From Pseudomonadota bacterium (lineage in GTDB: Archaea > Thermoplasmatota > SW-10-69-26 > JACQPN01 > JAJPHT01), in contig JAJPHT010000038.1 in assembly GCA_021325135.1 (NCBI GenBank), forward strand, positions 1-16,064: DNA of 16,064 nucleotides. Direction: 5' to 3'. The notes under the pieces were generated by a model. The model was not told the origin of the DNA, searched no databases, and saw only the letters and a list, made by a program, of their open reading frames with translations. Shown here one piece after another: positions 1-6,606 of this stretch. The position numbers and the translations under genes were made by a program. Numbering within the stretch: position 1 is the stretch's first letter; every line of letters starts with the position of its first letter.

Positions 1-122
1 ATTGTCCGGATTCCTTGTAGGGGGCCGAAGTCGCCGCCGAAGGCGGCGACGGAGCGCCCCCTAAGGGCAATTCTGATCGGAATCCGCGGTCGCCGGGGGT
101 CCGAAGGCCCCCCCGCCACCGC
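1..122. other. Highly structured non-coding segment (nested hairpins, possible pseudoknot); may be cut by the window edge
   Basis: Complementary pairs: 7-14/79-86 (CGGATTCC/GGAATCCG), 18-25/56-63, 30-38/42-50, 1-7/65-71 (one G-U), plus a further hairpin at 86-122. No credible ORF. No RNA family recognised. Confidence 0.45.
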
Positions 123-123
123 T

Positions 124-140
124 GCAAGAAAAAGAGACAA
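124..140 (-). terminator. T-rich tract downstream of the COG3388-like gene
   Basis: Minus strand reads TTGTCTCTTTTTCTTGC about 50 nt after the stop at 188; resembles an archaeal oligo-T terminator. Confidence 0.4.
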
Positions 141-187
141 CCAGCAGCAACGTCGTCCATCGCGTCGCGGAGGCGAGCGCAGCGAGC

Positions 188-532
188 CTACGCGCCGATG
201 GTCTTCCTCAGCTCCGCCACCGTCTCGGTCATCATGTTGAGGATGCTCCGGAGGTGGGGGATGAAGTCGTTGATGTGCGCGGTGGTGACGGCGCCCTGCG
301 CGCTGGGCTCGATGAGGCCCTCCTGCTCCAGGATGCGCAGCGAGTAACGGACCTTGTGCTGGGGGTGGCCGGTGATCTCGCTCAAGCGGATAATCCCGAT
401 GGGCTCGTGGTCCTTGACCGCCTTGAGGATCTCCACGTGGCGCTGGAGGAGCTCCAGCTCAAGCTCCATCTTGCCGGTGAGTCCGCTTTCTGCGTTTTCC
501 AGGGGCGCGCGCTCCTCCATGCTACTCACCAT
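188..532 (-). CDS. Archaeal winged-helix transcriptional regulator (COG3388-like)
   Basis: Motif LLQRHVEILKAV..HEPIGIIRLSEITGHPQHKVRYSLRILEQEGLIEPSAQGAVTT matches the conserved euryarchaeal family (EPIGI..LS..TG.P.HKVRYSLR.LE). The start could instead be the ATG at 520. Confidence 0.85.
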   Translation of the reverse strand: MVSSMEERAPLENAESGLTGKMELELELLQRHVEILKAVKDHEPIGIIRLSEITGHPQHKVRYSLRILEQEGLIEPSAQGAVTTAHINDFIPHLRSILNMMTETVAELRKTIGA

Positions 533-598
533 GCTACAGGTTGAATGCGCCGGGGAGCCGGTGGTCCTGCTTAAAGCATACGGTAGGACGGGGCGACG

Positions 599-1522
599 TC
601 AGGAAGGCGTCGGCGCGTAGATGCCCACGAGGAGCTCAAGGAAGTCGAACGCGAAGTGCGCCGCGATGGGGCCCCACAGGCTGCCGGTGCGCTGGCGCAT
701 GACGCCCAGCGCGAGGCCCAGGGAGAAGGTGACGACGACCTCCAGCGCGTTCACGTAGGAGAGGTGCGCGAGGGAGAAGAGGACCGCCTGGGCGAGGACG
801 CCGATGCGCGGCTGGAGGAAGCCGCGGAAGAAGATCTCCTCGCTGAACGCCGCGCCCAGCGCGACCGCCAGCGCGCCGCCCGCGCTGAGGCTCTTGGCGA
901 TGGCCAGCGCGCGGTCGTTCTCGGGGACGTTGAAGGGCAGGTGCGTGAGCGCGGCGCTCAGGGCCAGGAGCGCGGCGAGGAAGCCCGCGGCGAGGAGGAC
1001 GCCCGCGACGAGCTGCCGGCGCGCGCCGTCCAATTCCAGGCCCAGCGCGCGGAAGGCGCCAACGGGGCCGCGGCTGCCCACGAAGGACACGTACAGCAGG
1101 ATGGGCAGCACGAGGACCGCGACGTTGAGCGCGACGCTGAAGAGGATGCCCCACGCGTCGACGGAGGGCTCGGGCGCGGCGGGGTTCGCCAGCGCACTCT
1201 CGATGGCGAGGATGCCGTCCGCGACGCCGAAGCCGAACACGTAGTAGATCGAGCCCGCAAGCAGCACGAGCGCGCCGACGTGGCCGGGGTCGCGCAGGTC
1301 CGCGCGGCTCACGCGCGAGAGGGCGCGCTGCATGAAGGTGGGCGCCAGGGCGAGGAGCGCGAGGAAGAGCACGAGCAGGCCCGTGCTCAGCACGAGGTAG
1401 GCCGTCCCCCAGACGTAGCCCGTTCCCTGGGCTCCAAGCACGATGGGGGTCAGCAGGGCGGCGACGAGGAGCGCGGCGAGGCCCGCGAGGAGGCGCGCGC
1501 CCGGAGCGTACTCCTCGGCCAT
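599..1522 (-). CDS. CPBP family (Rce1/Abi, CAAX protease-like) intramembrane glutamic protease
   Basis: Multiple TM segments with motifs SEEIFFRG (EExxxR), FSLAH and AAHFAFD. Start placed at MAEEY (1522) because the track's upstream extension overlaps a terminator hairpin. Confidence 0.9.
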   Translation of the reverse strand: MAEEYAPGARLLAGLAALLVAALLTPIVLGAQGTGYVWGTAYLVLSTGLLVLFLALLALAPTFMQRALSRVSRADLRDPGHVGALVLLAGSIYYVFGFGVADGILAIESALANPAAPEPSVDAWGILFSVALNVAVLVLPILLYVSFVGSRGPVGAFRALGLELDGARRQLVAGVLLAAGFLAALLALSAALTHLPFNVPENDRALAIAKSLSAGGALAVALGAAFSEEIFFRGFLQPRIGVLAQAVLFSLAHLSYVNALEVVVTFSLGLALGVMRQRTGSLWGPIAAHFAFDFLELLVGIYAPTPS

Positions 1523-1564
1523 CGGCACGGCGAGGCGCGCCTCCAAGATGAGCGTTGCGAGAAG

Positions 1565-1610
1565 GGGCTGAAGAAGAGGGGGCCGGCCCGCGGTGCGGTC
1601 CGCGGGCCGG
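1565..1610 (-). terminator. Terminator-like hairpin after the secreted protein gene
   Basis: Perfect 11-bp stem 1583-1593/1600-1610 (CCGGCCCGCGG/CCGCGGGCCGG), followed on the minus strand by pyrimidine-rich CCCCCTCTTCTTC. Confidence 0.55.
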
Positions 1611-1633
1611 GGATGCACAGGCTCGGCGCCCGA

Positions 1634-2869
1634 TCAGCCAGTGTAGGGGCCGGGAGCGATGTCGTTGTTGTTGCACGGCGAGACGCTGTCCTCGCAGTAG
1701 TACGGCGCCGTGCTGCCCTCGACGTCGTTCACCACGAAGTTGCGGGTGAGCGGGTCGTGGGGCGTCGCGAAGCCGTAGTAGAGGTCCACGTTGGCCGTCG
1801 CGTGGCACTGGTAGCCCTGGTAGCTGCCGTCCGGGCTCGCGTGGGGGTTGCCGTCGGGGCACGCCGCGGAGCCGCCGTGGTTGCCCTTGCCGTCGTACGT
1901 CGTCACCGGGTACGGGCTGGCCGGGTTGTAGTCGTGGCTGTTGCCCTCCAGGTTGTCGTCGCCGCTGGGGCAGGGCCACTCGCTGGTGTTGGGGTCGCAG
2001 CCCGAGACGTCCGCCGCGCGGTCCGCGGAGCCCGCGTTGTGGTCCTTGGGGGTCCCGCGCTGCGTGAGGTCGTCCAGGAAGGCGAAGAGCACCGCGTTGT
2101 ACTGGATCGCGTTGCCGCCCGTGGTGGGGTAGTCGCGGCTGCCGCCGGTGCCGGGCGCGCAGAGCGGGGTGTGGGTGAAGCGGCCCTCGCCGGTGCCGGT
2201 GTCGTTGTAGACCGGGTCCTCGCCGGTGGCGTCCACGACGGGGAGGACGTCCACGCCGCCGCACGGGCTGTCCGTGTAGGGCGCGCAGTTGCTCGACCCG
2301 TCGTCCTCCAGGCCCATGTTGGCCTGGTTGTTGAGGATGCCGACGCCCCAGATCGTCTCGCCGGCCACGACGCCCTTGTCGATGGTCCACGAGTTGTCGT
2401 TGGGGTCGGTCACGAAGTAGGACTCGACGTAGTTGGGCGCCGTGAAGGCCACCAGCGCCGCGTCGTTGCCGCCCAAGCTGGCGGGCCGCGGGTCCGCGTC
2501 GCCCTGGTTGACCATGAGCACCGCGCCGTTGCACGGGTAGCGGAAGGTGGCGCAGCCGTTGGAGGCGTCGGCGCCGTTGTTGCACTGGACGTCCGTGCTG
2601 GGGTCCACGAGGTACTGGTCGTTGAACCACAGGACGCCCGGGAAGCGGAACACCGTCTCGGACGCGGAGTACTCGCGCACGAGCACGGCCACCGCGGCCG
2701 CGAACTTCGTCTCGTTGGTCCGGGTGACGTTGGCCGCCTGGATGACGGTGAAGACCGTGTGGCCCTCCACCACCTGCTCTGGCGTCGGTGCCGCGACGTA
2801 GATGGTGGCCGCGGCGCCCACGGCGGGGGCGGCCAGCATGATCGCGAGCGCGATGATCCACTTTCGCAT
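1634..2869 (-). CDS. Secreted acidic Gly/Pro/Asp/Asn-rich protein with 12 Cys, function unknown
   Basis: N-terminal signal peptide (MRKWIIALAIMLAAPAVGAAA), strong GC3 codon bias, GAGG-containing sequence just upstream of the ATG, no C-terminal TM anchor. Confidence 0.85.
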   Translation of the reverse strand: MRKWIIALAIMLAAPAVGAAATIYVAAPTPEQVVEGHTVFTVIQAANVTRTNETKFAAAVAVLVREYSASETVFRFPGVLWFNDQYLVDPSTDVQCNNGADASNGCATFRYPCNGAVLMVNQGDADPRPASLGGNDAALVAFTAPNYVESYFVTDPNDNSWTIDKGVVAGETIWGVGILNNQANMGLEDDGSSNCAPYTDSPCGGVDVLPVVDATGEDPVYNDTGTGEGRFTHTPLCAPGTGGSRDYPTTGGNAIQYNAVLFAFLDDLTQRGTPKDHNAGSADRAADVSGCDPNTSEWPCPSGDDNLEGNSHDYNPASPYPVTTYDGKGNHGGSAACPDGNPHASPDGSYQGYQCHATANVDLYYGFATPHDPLTRNFVVNDVEGSTAPYYCEDSVSPCNNNDIAPGPYTG

Positions 2870-3021
2870 GATGCCTCAACCTCTCCAGGCCTGAGCCTGT
2901 GCGCCCGCGAAGTCCCAGTGGGAGACTATCAAGGGTCGGCTGTCACTCCCCTAGGTGAACAACCTGCAGCGACCTGGCTGCGCTCTCTAGAGACTATCTG
3001 TGAATTCCCTGGGGGGAGCGC

Positions 3022-3453
3022 ATGACGGAAAGGACGCGTCGCGGGGGCATGGACCCGTTCGACAGGACGAGGCTTCCCGGGCACGTCATATTAGAAGATC
3101 GGCGCCCGGACGCGCTCCGCGCCCGCGAACCGCGCTTCAAACGCCCGCAGCGCCATGCGGAGGCCGTGGTGGCCGTCGACGAGCTGGGAAGCCCTGAGGT
3201 CTCCGTCGCGATCCGGATGCTCGAGGGCGAGGCGCTGAACATGCGCCGCTTCATCGCCGCCTGCCAATCCTCCCCCGCCCGCGCGCGCAAGGCCCTCTCC
3301 CGCCTGGAGGAGCTTGGGCTCGTCCGCGTCGAGCGCCTCGACCAGGGCGCGACGCAGGTGTCGCGCATCTCGCTCTCCCCCCTGGGCAAGGAGGTCGCGA
3401 CGCACTTCGCCGCCGCGAGCGGGGCGATGGAGAAGGCGAAGAGGAAGAAGTGA
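3022..3453 (+). CDS. MarR-like winged-helix DNA-binding protein
   Basis: ARKALSRLEELGLVRVER...ISLSPLGKEVA is a typical wHTH recognition helix and wing with an L-[ST]-x-x-G signature. Start uncertain (3022 or 3049). Confidence 0.7.
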   Translation: MTERTRRGGMDPFDRTRLPGHVILEDRRPDALRAREPRFKRPQRHAEAVVAVDELGSPEVSVAIRMLEGEALNMRRFIAACQSSPARARKALSRLEELGLVRVERLDQGATQVSRISLSPLGKEVATHFAAASGAMEKAKRKK

Positions 3454-3457
3454 GGAC

Positions 3458-3480
3458 GATATCAGCAGGGCTGATATCAG
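3458..3480. repeat. Inverted repeat between the convergent wHTH gene and the tRNA 3' end
   Basis: GATATCAGC-AGG-GCTGATATC (9-bp perfect stem, 3458-3478), overlapping the palindrome CTGATATCAG (3471-3480). Confidence 0.6.
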
Positions 3481-3483
3481 AAG

Positions 3484-3568
3484 TGCGCAGATACGGATTT
3501 GAACCGTAGAACACCTAAGTGAATAGACTCTGAATCTATCGCCGTTGGCCAGGCTTGGCTATCTGCGC
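3484..3568 (-). tRNA. tRNA-Leu (anticodon CAG), CCA not encoded
   Basis: The reverse complement folds as a cloverleaf: acceptor GCGCAGA/TCTGCGC with discriminator A, D arm GCC..GGC, anticodon arm ATAGA-TT-CAG-AG-TCTAT, long variable arm CAC-TTAG-GTG, T arm TACGG-TTCAAAT-CCGTA. Confidence 0.97.
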
Positions 3569-3625
3569 GGATGCGGCGGACCCGGCCGCAAGGCCAGGCC
3601 TCGGAGCACGGCAAGCTGCGCTCCA

Positions 3626-3640
3626 TTCATAAACGTTCTC
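3626..3640 (-). promoter_or_regulatory. Putative BRE/TATA box of the tRNA-Leu gene
   Basis: Minus strand GAGAACG-TTTATGAA is the only AT-rich box upstream of the tRNA, about 60 nt from the mature 5' end. Confidence 0.45.
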
Positions 3641-3647
3641 ACGGGCT
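3639..3647 (+). repeat. Target-site duplication, left copy (TCACGGGCT)
   Basis: An identical 9-mer lies immediately outside both TIRs (3639-3647 and 7061-7069). Confidence 0.93.
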
Positions 3648-3702
3648 GGTGCTGTTCCATAGAGGGGGGACGGACTTCTCCCGTTTCATTCAGGGGGATG
3701 GC
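3648..3702 (+). repeat. Left terminal inverted repeat (55 bp)
   Basis: GGTGCTGTTCCATAGAGGGGGGACGGACTTCTCCCGTTTCATTCAGGGGGATGGC matches the reverse complement of 7006-7060 with 3 mismatches (positions 14, 33, 45). Confidence 0.95.
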
Positions 3703-4916
3703 TGTGCGTCGTCGCGCACGACTCGCGCCTTCCGGATGACGGCCGCCCATCGTGACTCCGAGGGGGCCGCGCGGACGCCGACGCCCGCCGCTTCGGCAGG
3801 CGTGCGCCCGCCCAGCGCCATGTGGGGTCGGACGAGGTTGTAGAACGCGGCCTGCCCCTCCGTGAGCGGACCACTCGGCTTCTTGAGGCCGCGCGTCACC
3901 TTCTGCCGCTGCCGAACGGTCCCGTTCAGGCGCTCGACCTTGTTGTTGTGCGGAAACTTCTGCGGCTTGGAAATGTGAGTCTCGCGCGTGTGCTTCGCAC
4001 CCCGAAGCTGCGAGCGGACGGCGTGAACGTAGGCCGGCAGCCCGTCCGTCACAATCTCGTCGGGCTTCTTGCCCGCGAGCACCGCCGCGTCGCGCATGAC
4101 GCGCACGGCGCCCTTGTCGTTGCGCTGCGCCGTCACGCGGGACACGAGCAAGAAGCGCGTGTCGGCGTCCATGACGTGCCACAGGTATTCCAGCTTCCCC
4201 GAGAACTTCGTGAACACCTCGTCCGCGTGCCACTTGTCCCCGACCCACGGCTCCAGCGTGGCCGCGTACTCGTTGATGAGCGTGACGTAGCGCATGATCC
4301 ACCGATAGACGGTCGCGTGCGCCACGCGCAGCCCGAAGAACTGGTTGAGCGTGTCCACGATTTGGCGGAGGCTGTTCCCCTTGAAGTGGAGGTCCAACGC
4401 GAGGCAGACGACCTTCGGCTCGCCCTTGAGGCGCGCGAAGCCCTCGTCGGGAACGAACTTGCGACCGCACGCGGGCGCGCGGCAGCGGTAAGATTGCTTC
4501 CCGCCCTTGGCGCCGTTCTTGACGACCTCCGCGCTCCCGCAATGCTTGCAAGTCACGAACTCGGGCAGCGCATCGTCGGGAAGGATCGCGCTGAAGCCGC
4601 GCGTCGCCTTGACCTTGCGCGGCTTCTTGGGCGCCATGCCCGGAAGCGTAACCTGGAGGCTGCGGTGGGCCGCCTCCGTGAACTTGGACGCGTGGATGTG
4701 CTTGCACTCCGCGCCCCGCTTCGCATGGTCCGGGCAGGTGCAGGTCCACCGCTCGGCCATGTCGTTGTGGCGGAAGCTCGTGACCGTGTAGCGGACGCCG
4801 GGCTGCGACTGGCTCGGGACGTGCCACTTGTTCTTCCCTTCCTGCTCGATGGCGTCACCCTTCGCCACGATGGCAAGACCGCGGACGGCGCGAGGATCGG
4901 AAGCCGATTCAACCAA
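3690..4916 (-). CDS. DDE transposase (IS6/IS240-like catalytic domain) with N-terminal SWIM zinc finger and zinc ribbon
   Basis: SWIM motif WTCTCPDH...CKH; zinc ribbon CKHCGS..VVKNG...YRC..CGRKF; DDE motifs WHADEVF..YLWHVMD, IVTDGLPAY and NNKVERLNGTVR; C-terminal YNLVRPHMAL.GRTPAEAAG. TTG start; the stop codon lies inside the left TIR. Confidence 0.93.
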   Translation of the reverse strand: MVESASDPRAVRGLAIVAKGDAIEQEGKNKWHVPSQSQPGVRYTVTSFRHNDMAERWTCTCPDHAKRGAECKHIHASKFTEAAHRSLQVTLPGMAPKKPRKVKATRGFSAILPDDALPEFVTCKHCGSAEVVKNGAKGGKQSYRCRAPACGRKFVPDEGFARLKGEPKVVCLALDLHFKGNSLRQIVDTLNQFFGLRVAHATVYRWIMRYVTLINEYAATLEPWVGDKWHADEVFTKFSGKLEYLWHVMDADTRFLLVSRVTAQRNDKGAVRVMRDAAVLAGKKPDEIVTDGLPAYVHAVRSQLRGAKHTRETHISKPQKFPHNNKVERLNGTVRQRQKVTRGLKKPSGPLTEGQAAFYNLVRPHMALGGRTPAEAAGVGVRAAPSESRWAAVIRKARVVRDDAQPSP

Positions 4917-4923
4917 GCGGACC

Positions 4924-5010
4924 CACTATGGAACCATAGTGATATGGAACCATATAGCCTTCCGAGCAACCCGAAAATGGTTCCATACCTTCAAGGCCGA
5001 ATGGAACCAT
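4924..5010. promoter_or_regulatory. Divergent promoter region with four ATGGAACCAT operator-like boxes
   Basis: ATGGAACCAT at 4928-4937, 4944-4953 and 5001-5010, and its reverse complement ATGGTTCCAT at 4977-4986. The first extends to the near-palindrome CACTATGG-AA-CCATAGTG. Confidence 0.75.
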
Positions 5011-5021
5011 GCCGGCTTCTC

Positions 5022-5195
5022 GTGAAGCTCCGCAAGCAATACGCCTACACAGCCAACGGCAAGGACTACCACAAGTGGGCCGTGAACCTGCCCCCCGAGC
5101 ATGTCGAGGCGTTGGGATGGGAGCACGGACAGGAGCTTGAGGCGGTCGTTCGGAAGGAGGGTATCCTTCTGCGACCGGCAAAAGCCGATGACTAA
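5022..5195 (+). CDS. AbrB/MazE/SpoVT-like small DNA-binding protein
   Basis: KWAVNLPPEHVEALGWEHGQELEAVVRKEGILLRP matches the swapped-hairpin pattern (V.LP......LGW..G.EL......I.L.P). Start is GTG 5022 or ATG 5001. Confidence 0.8.
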   Translation: MKLRKQYAYTANGKDYHKWAVNLPPEHVEALGWEHGQELEAVVRKEGILLRPAKADD

Positions 5196-5392
5196 AGGGT
5201 GACCTGTGGCGGGCAGGCGACAGCCGGCGGGGGCGAGCGCCGGGTTCAGCACACTCTACCCTGAATCGTACAGGGGAAGCTTTATCCTGGATTCGCACTC
5301 CACCCTCTTGTTCCAAGGCCCCCGTTTCCGCGATACAAACCTCTAAGCGGGCTTGCTGACATGTGGAGTAACGGGGGTACGAGGCGGTGCTG

Positions 5393-5647
5393 ATGCAAAG
5401 TCGAGGATTCTCATTCTCGGCTCTCGACGCTGAGAGCAAGTTGAGGGTGTTGGAGTCTATCGGGTATGGTACGGACGGCACGTTCGTTACCCGCCACGGC
5501 AAACCCTACCGCGATCAATACACGCACCAGCCAATCCGACTGACGGAAGTTATCGTTCTCCCCGGAAGCACGGTGGTTCTGAGCGACAACCCGATCAGCC
5601 TCGCGATGTACCTTGAGGACCACCCGGACGTTCAGATCGAATACTGA
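5393..5647 (+). CDS. Small hypothetical cargo protein (about 84 aa)
   Basis: Protein-like ORF (LESIGYGTDG...VLPGSTVVLSDNPISLAMYLED) with GAGG upstream, ending 8 nt before the next ORF. Alternative GTG start at 5387. Confidence 0.75.
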   Translation: MQSRGFSFSALDAESKLRVLESIGYGTDGTFVTRHGKPYRDQYTHQPIRLTEVIVLPGSTVVLSDNPISLAMYLEDHPDVQIEY

Positions 5648-5655
5648 ACTCGGGG

Positions 5656-6369
5656 GTGGCCGCCGTCATTCATGAACTGCCCCCAGAGCTTCTGAAACCC
5701 CTCCTGGAGGCAACTGCGGGAGCCGGGCTCAAGCTCACCGTCGAGCAGGCCAAGAAAGTCGGCGAGGCCATCAACAATCACTCCTTGGCTGGGATGGGCT
5801 CTCGCGACCACTGGGCGTTGGCGAAGGAAGCGGCGAAAGAACTGGCGAAGGCTCCCGAGTACCTGTCCTACAAGCCCTTCATCACCTCAAAGAATCAAGG
5901 AGCGATCATTCGCTTCGGCATGGTGCTCAGAAGGCACGCCAAGGACGAACCGGTCGTCACCGAGATCAAGGACGCACTGAAGGCCCTCGACCCGGACAGA
6001 GGTGTGGTCCTCGCTCAAGCTTCCCAGGCGGAACTGCTCCCGGTCATCATCCAAGAGTACACGCGGGGCGCTACCGACGACGGAACGTACCGTCGGAACG
6101 TCCAGCGGGCCTTGCAGCACATCGAGGAATATGTCTACTTCGTCTACGACGGGATCGACGAAGCGACTGCCGAGAACAGCATAGCCTCGGCACTCCATCA
6201 GCGACGCCCCCCGGTCTATTGCATCGCTGGGAGTGGACAAGCGGTGGACTCCACGCGGGCCGTTGCGAACGGTGTCGCCGCCAAGGCGCGGAAACTGTAC
6301 GTCATGGAATGGCGCCAGGCCGAAGGTCGAGTGAGCGCCATCTTCCGGCCAGCCGAGTACTTCGGCTGA
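5656..6369 (+). CDS. Hypothetical cargo protein (237 aa), helical N-terminal part and alpha/beta C-terminal part
   Basis: Long ORF with a globular amino acid composition, co-oriented with and close to 5393-5647. No recognised motif. Confidence 0.75.
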   Translation: MAAVIHELPPELLKPLLEATAGAGLKLTVEQAKKVGEAINNHSLAGMGSRDHWALAKEAAKELAKAPEYLSYKPFITSKNQGAIIRFGMVLRRHAKDEPVVTEIKDALKALDPDRGVVLAQASQAELLPVIIQEYTRGATDDGTYRRNVQRALQHIEEYVYFVYDGIDEATAENSIASALHQRRPPVYCIAGSGQAVDSTRAVANGVAAKARKLYVMEWRQAEGRVSAIFRPAEYFG

Positions 6370-6379
6370 AGCCCGCTCG

Positions 6380-6571
6380 CTACTTCTTCGGCTTCTTCTC
6401 GGCCTCTTCCTCGCGCAGCTTGGCCCAGGCGAACTCGGCGGCGTGTGTGAGGCTGGCCCAGCGCTTCCCGGGGCCAGTCTGCTCCAGGACTCAGGCGAGG
6501 ATTTGGGGGTCGGGGCTGATGCTGACCTTGCGCTTCTTGCCGTGGTCAGGCGCGATGACGTTTCGCCCCAT
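6380..6571 (-). pseudogene. Ribbon-helix-helix (CopG/Arc/MetJ-like) protein interrupted by one in-frame TGA
   Basis: Reading through the TGA at 6491-6493 gives MGRNVIAPDHGKKRKVSISPDPQILA*VLEQTGPGKRWASLTHAAEFAWAKLREEEAEKKPKK: a beta strand (KVSIS), a helix, a GKR.AS turn and a second helix. Confidence 0.7.
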
Positions 6572-6606
6572 CTTGCCCTTCAATGCGACAGTAGGGCTTA
6601 AGCGGA

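Noticed and set aside
1-122. Assignment to hammerhead, HDV-like, SAH or fluoride riboswitch, SRP or RNase P RNA
   Set aside because: The conserved core nucleotides of these families are not evident; only general topology is similar.
636-3025. Long ORFs 636..2879 (-, 747 aa) and 656..3025 (+, 789 aa)
   Set aside because: Shadow frames of the two real high-GC genes; Arg/Gly/Pro-rich or antisense composition with no motifs.
3484-3530. Integrase-type island at the tRNA 3' end
   Set aside because: I found no duplicated tRNA 3' fragment and no tyrosine or serine recombinase in the window; the mobile element lies on the 5' side and is bounded by TIRs and a TSD.
3638-3648. Alternative 11-bp TSD (CTCACGGGCTG) with the TIR starting at 3649
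   Set aside because: Formally possible, but the terminal G/C pairs as part of the TIR and IS6-related ends begin with GG, so 9 bp is preferred; the empty site would decide.
3559-5000. ORFs 3559..4827 (-) and the N-terminal part of 3822..5195 (+)
   Set aside because: Alternate-frame or antisense shadows of the transposase; only the C-terminal 57-64 aa of the latter (AbrB-like) is credible.
4924-5010. ATGGAACCAT repeats as a mini-CRISPR array
   Set aside because: Only 10 bp long, irregularly spaced, one copy inverted and no cas genes nearby; operator sites fit better.
5196-5386. Possible ncRNA in the intergenic region inside the transposon
   Set aside because: Only short hairpins (CCGGCG/CGCCGG, TTCAG/CTGAA), explainable as terminator and promoter sequence; not enough support.
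6491-6493. TGA recoding (Trp or Sec) in the RHH gene
   Set aside because: Many genes in the window end in TGA and use TGG for Trp, and there is no Cys-equivalent context; a nonsense mutation or sequencing error is simpler.
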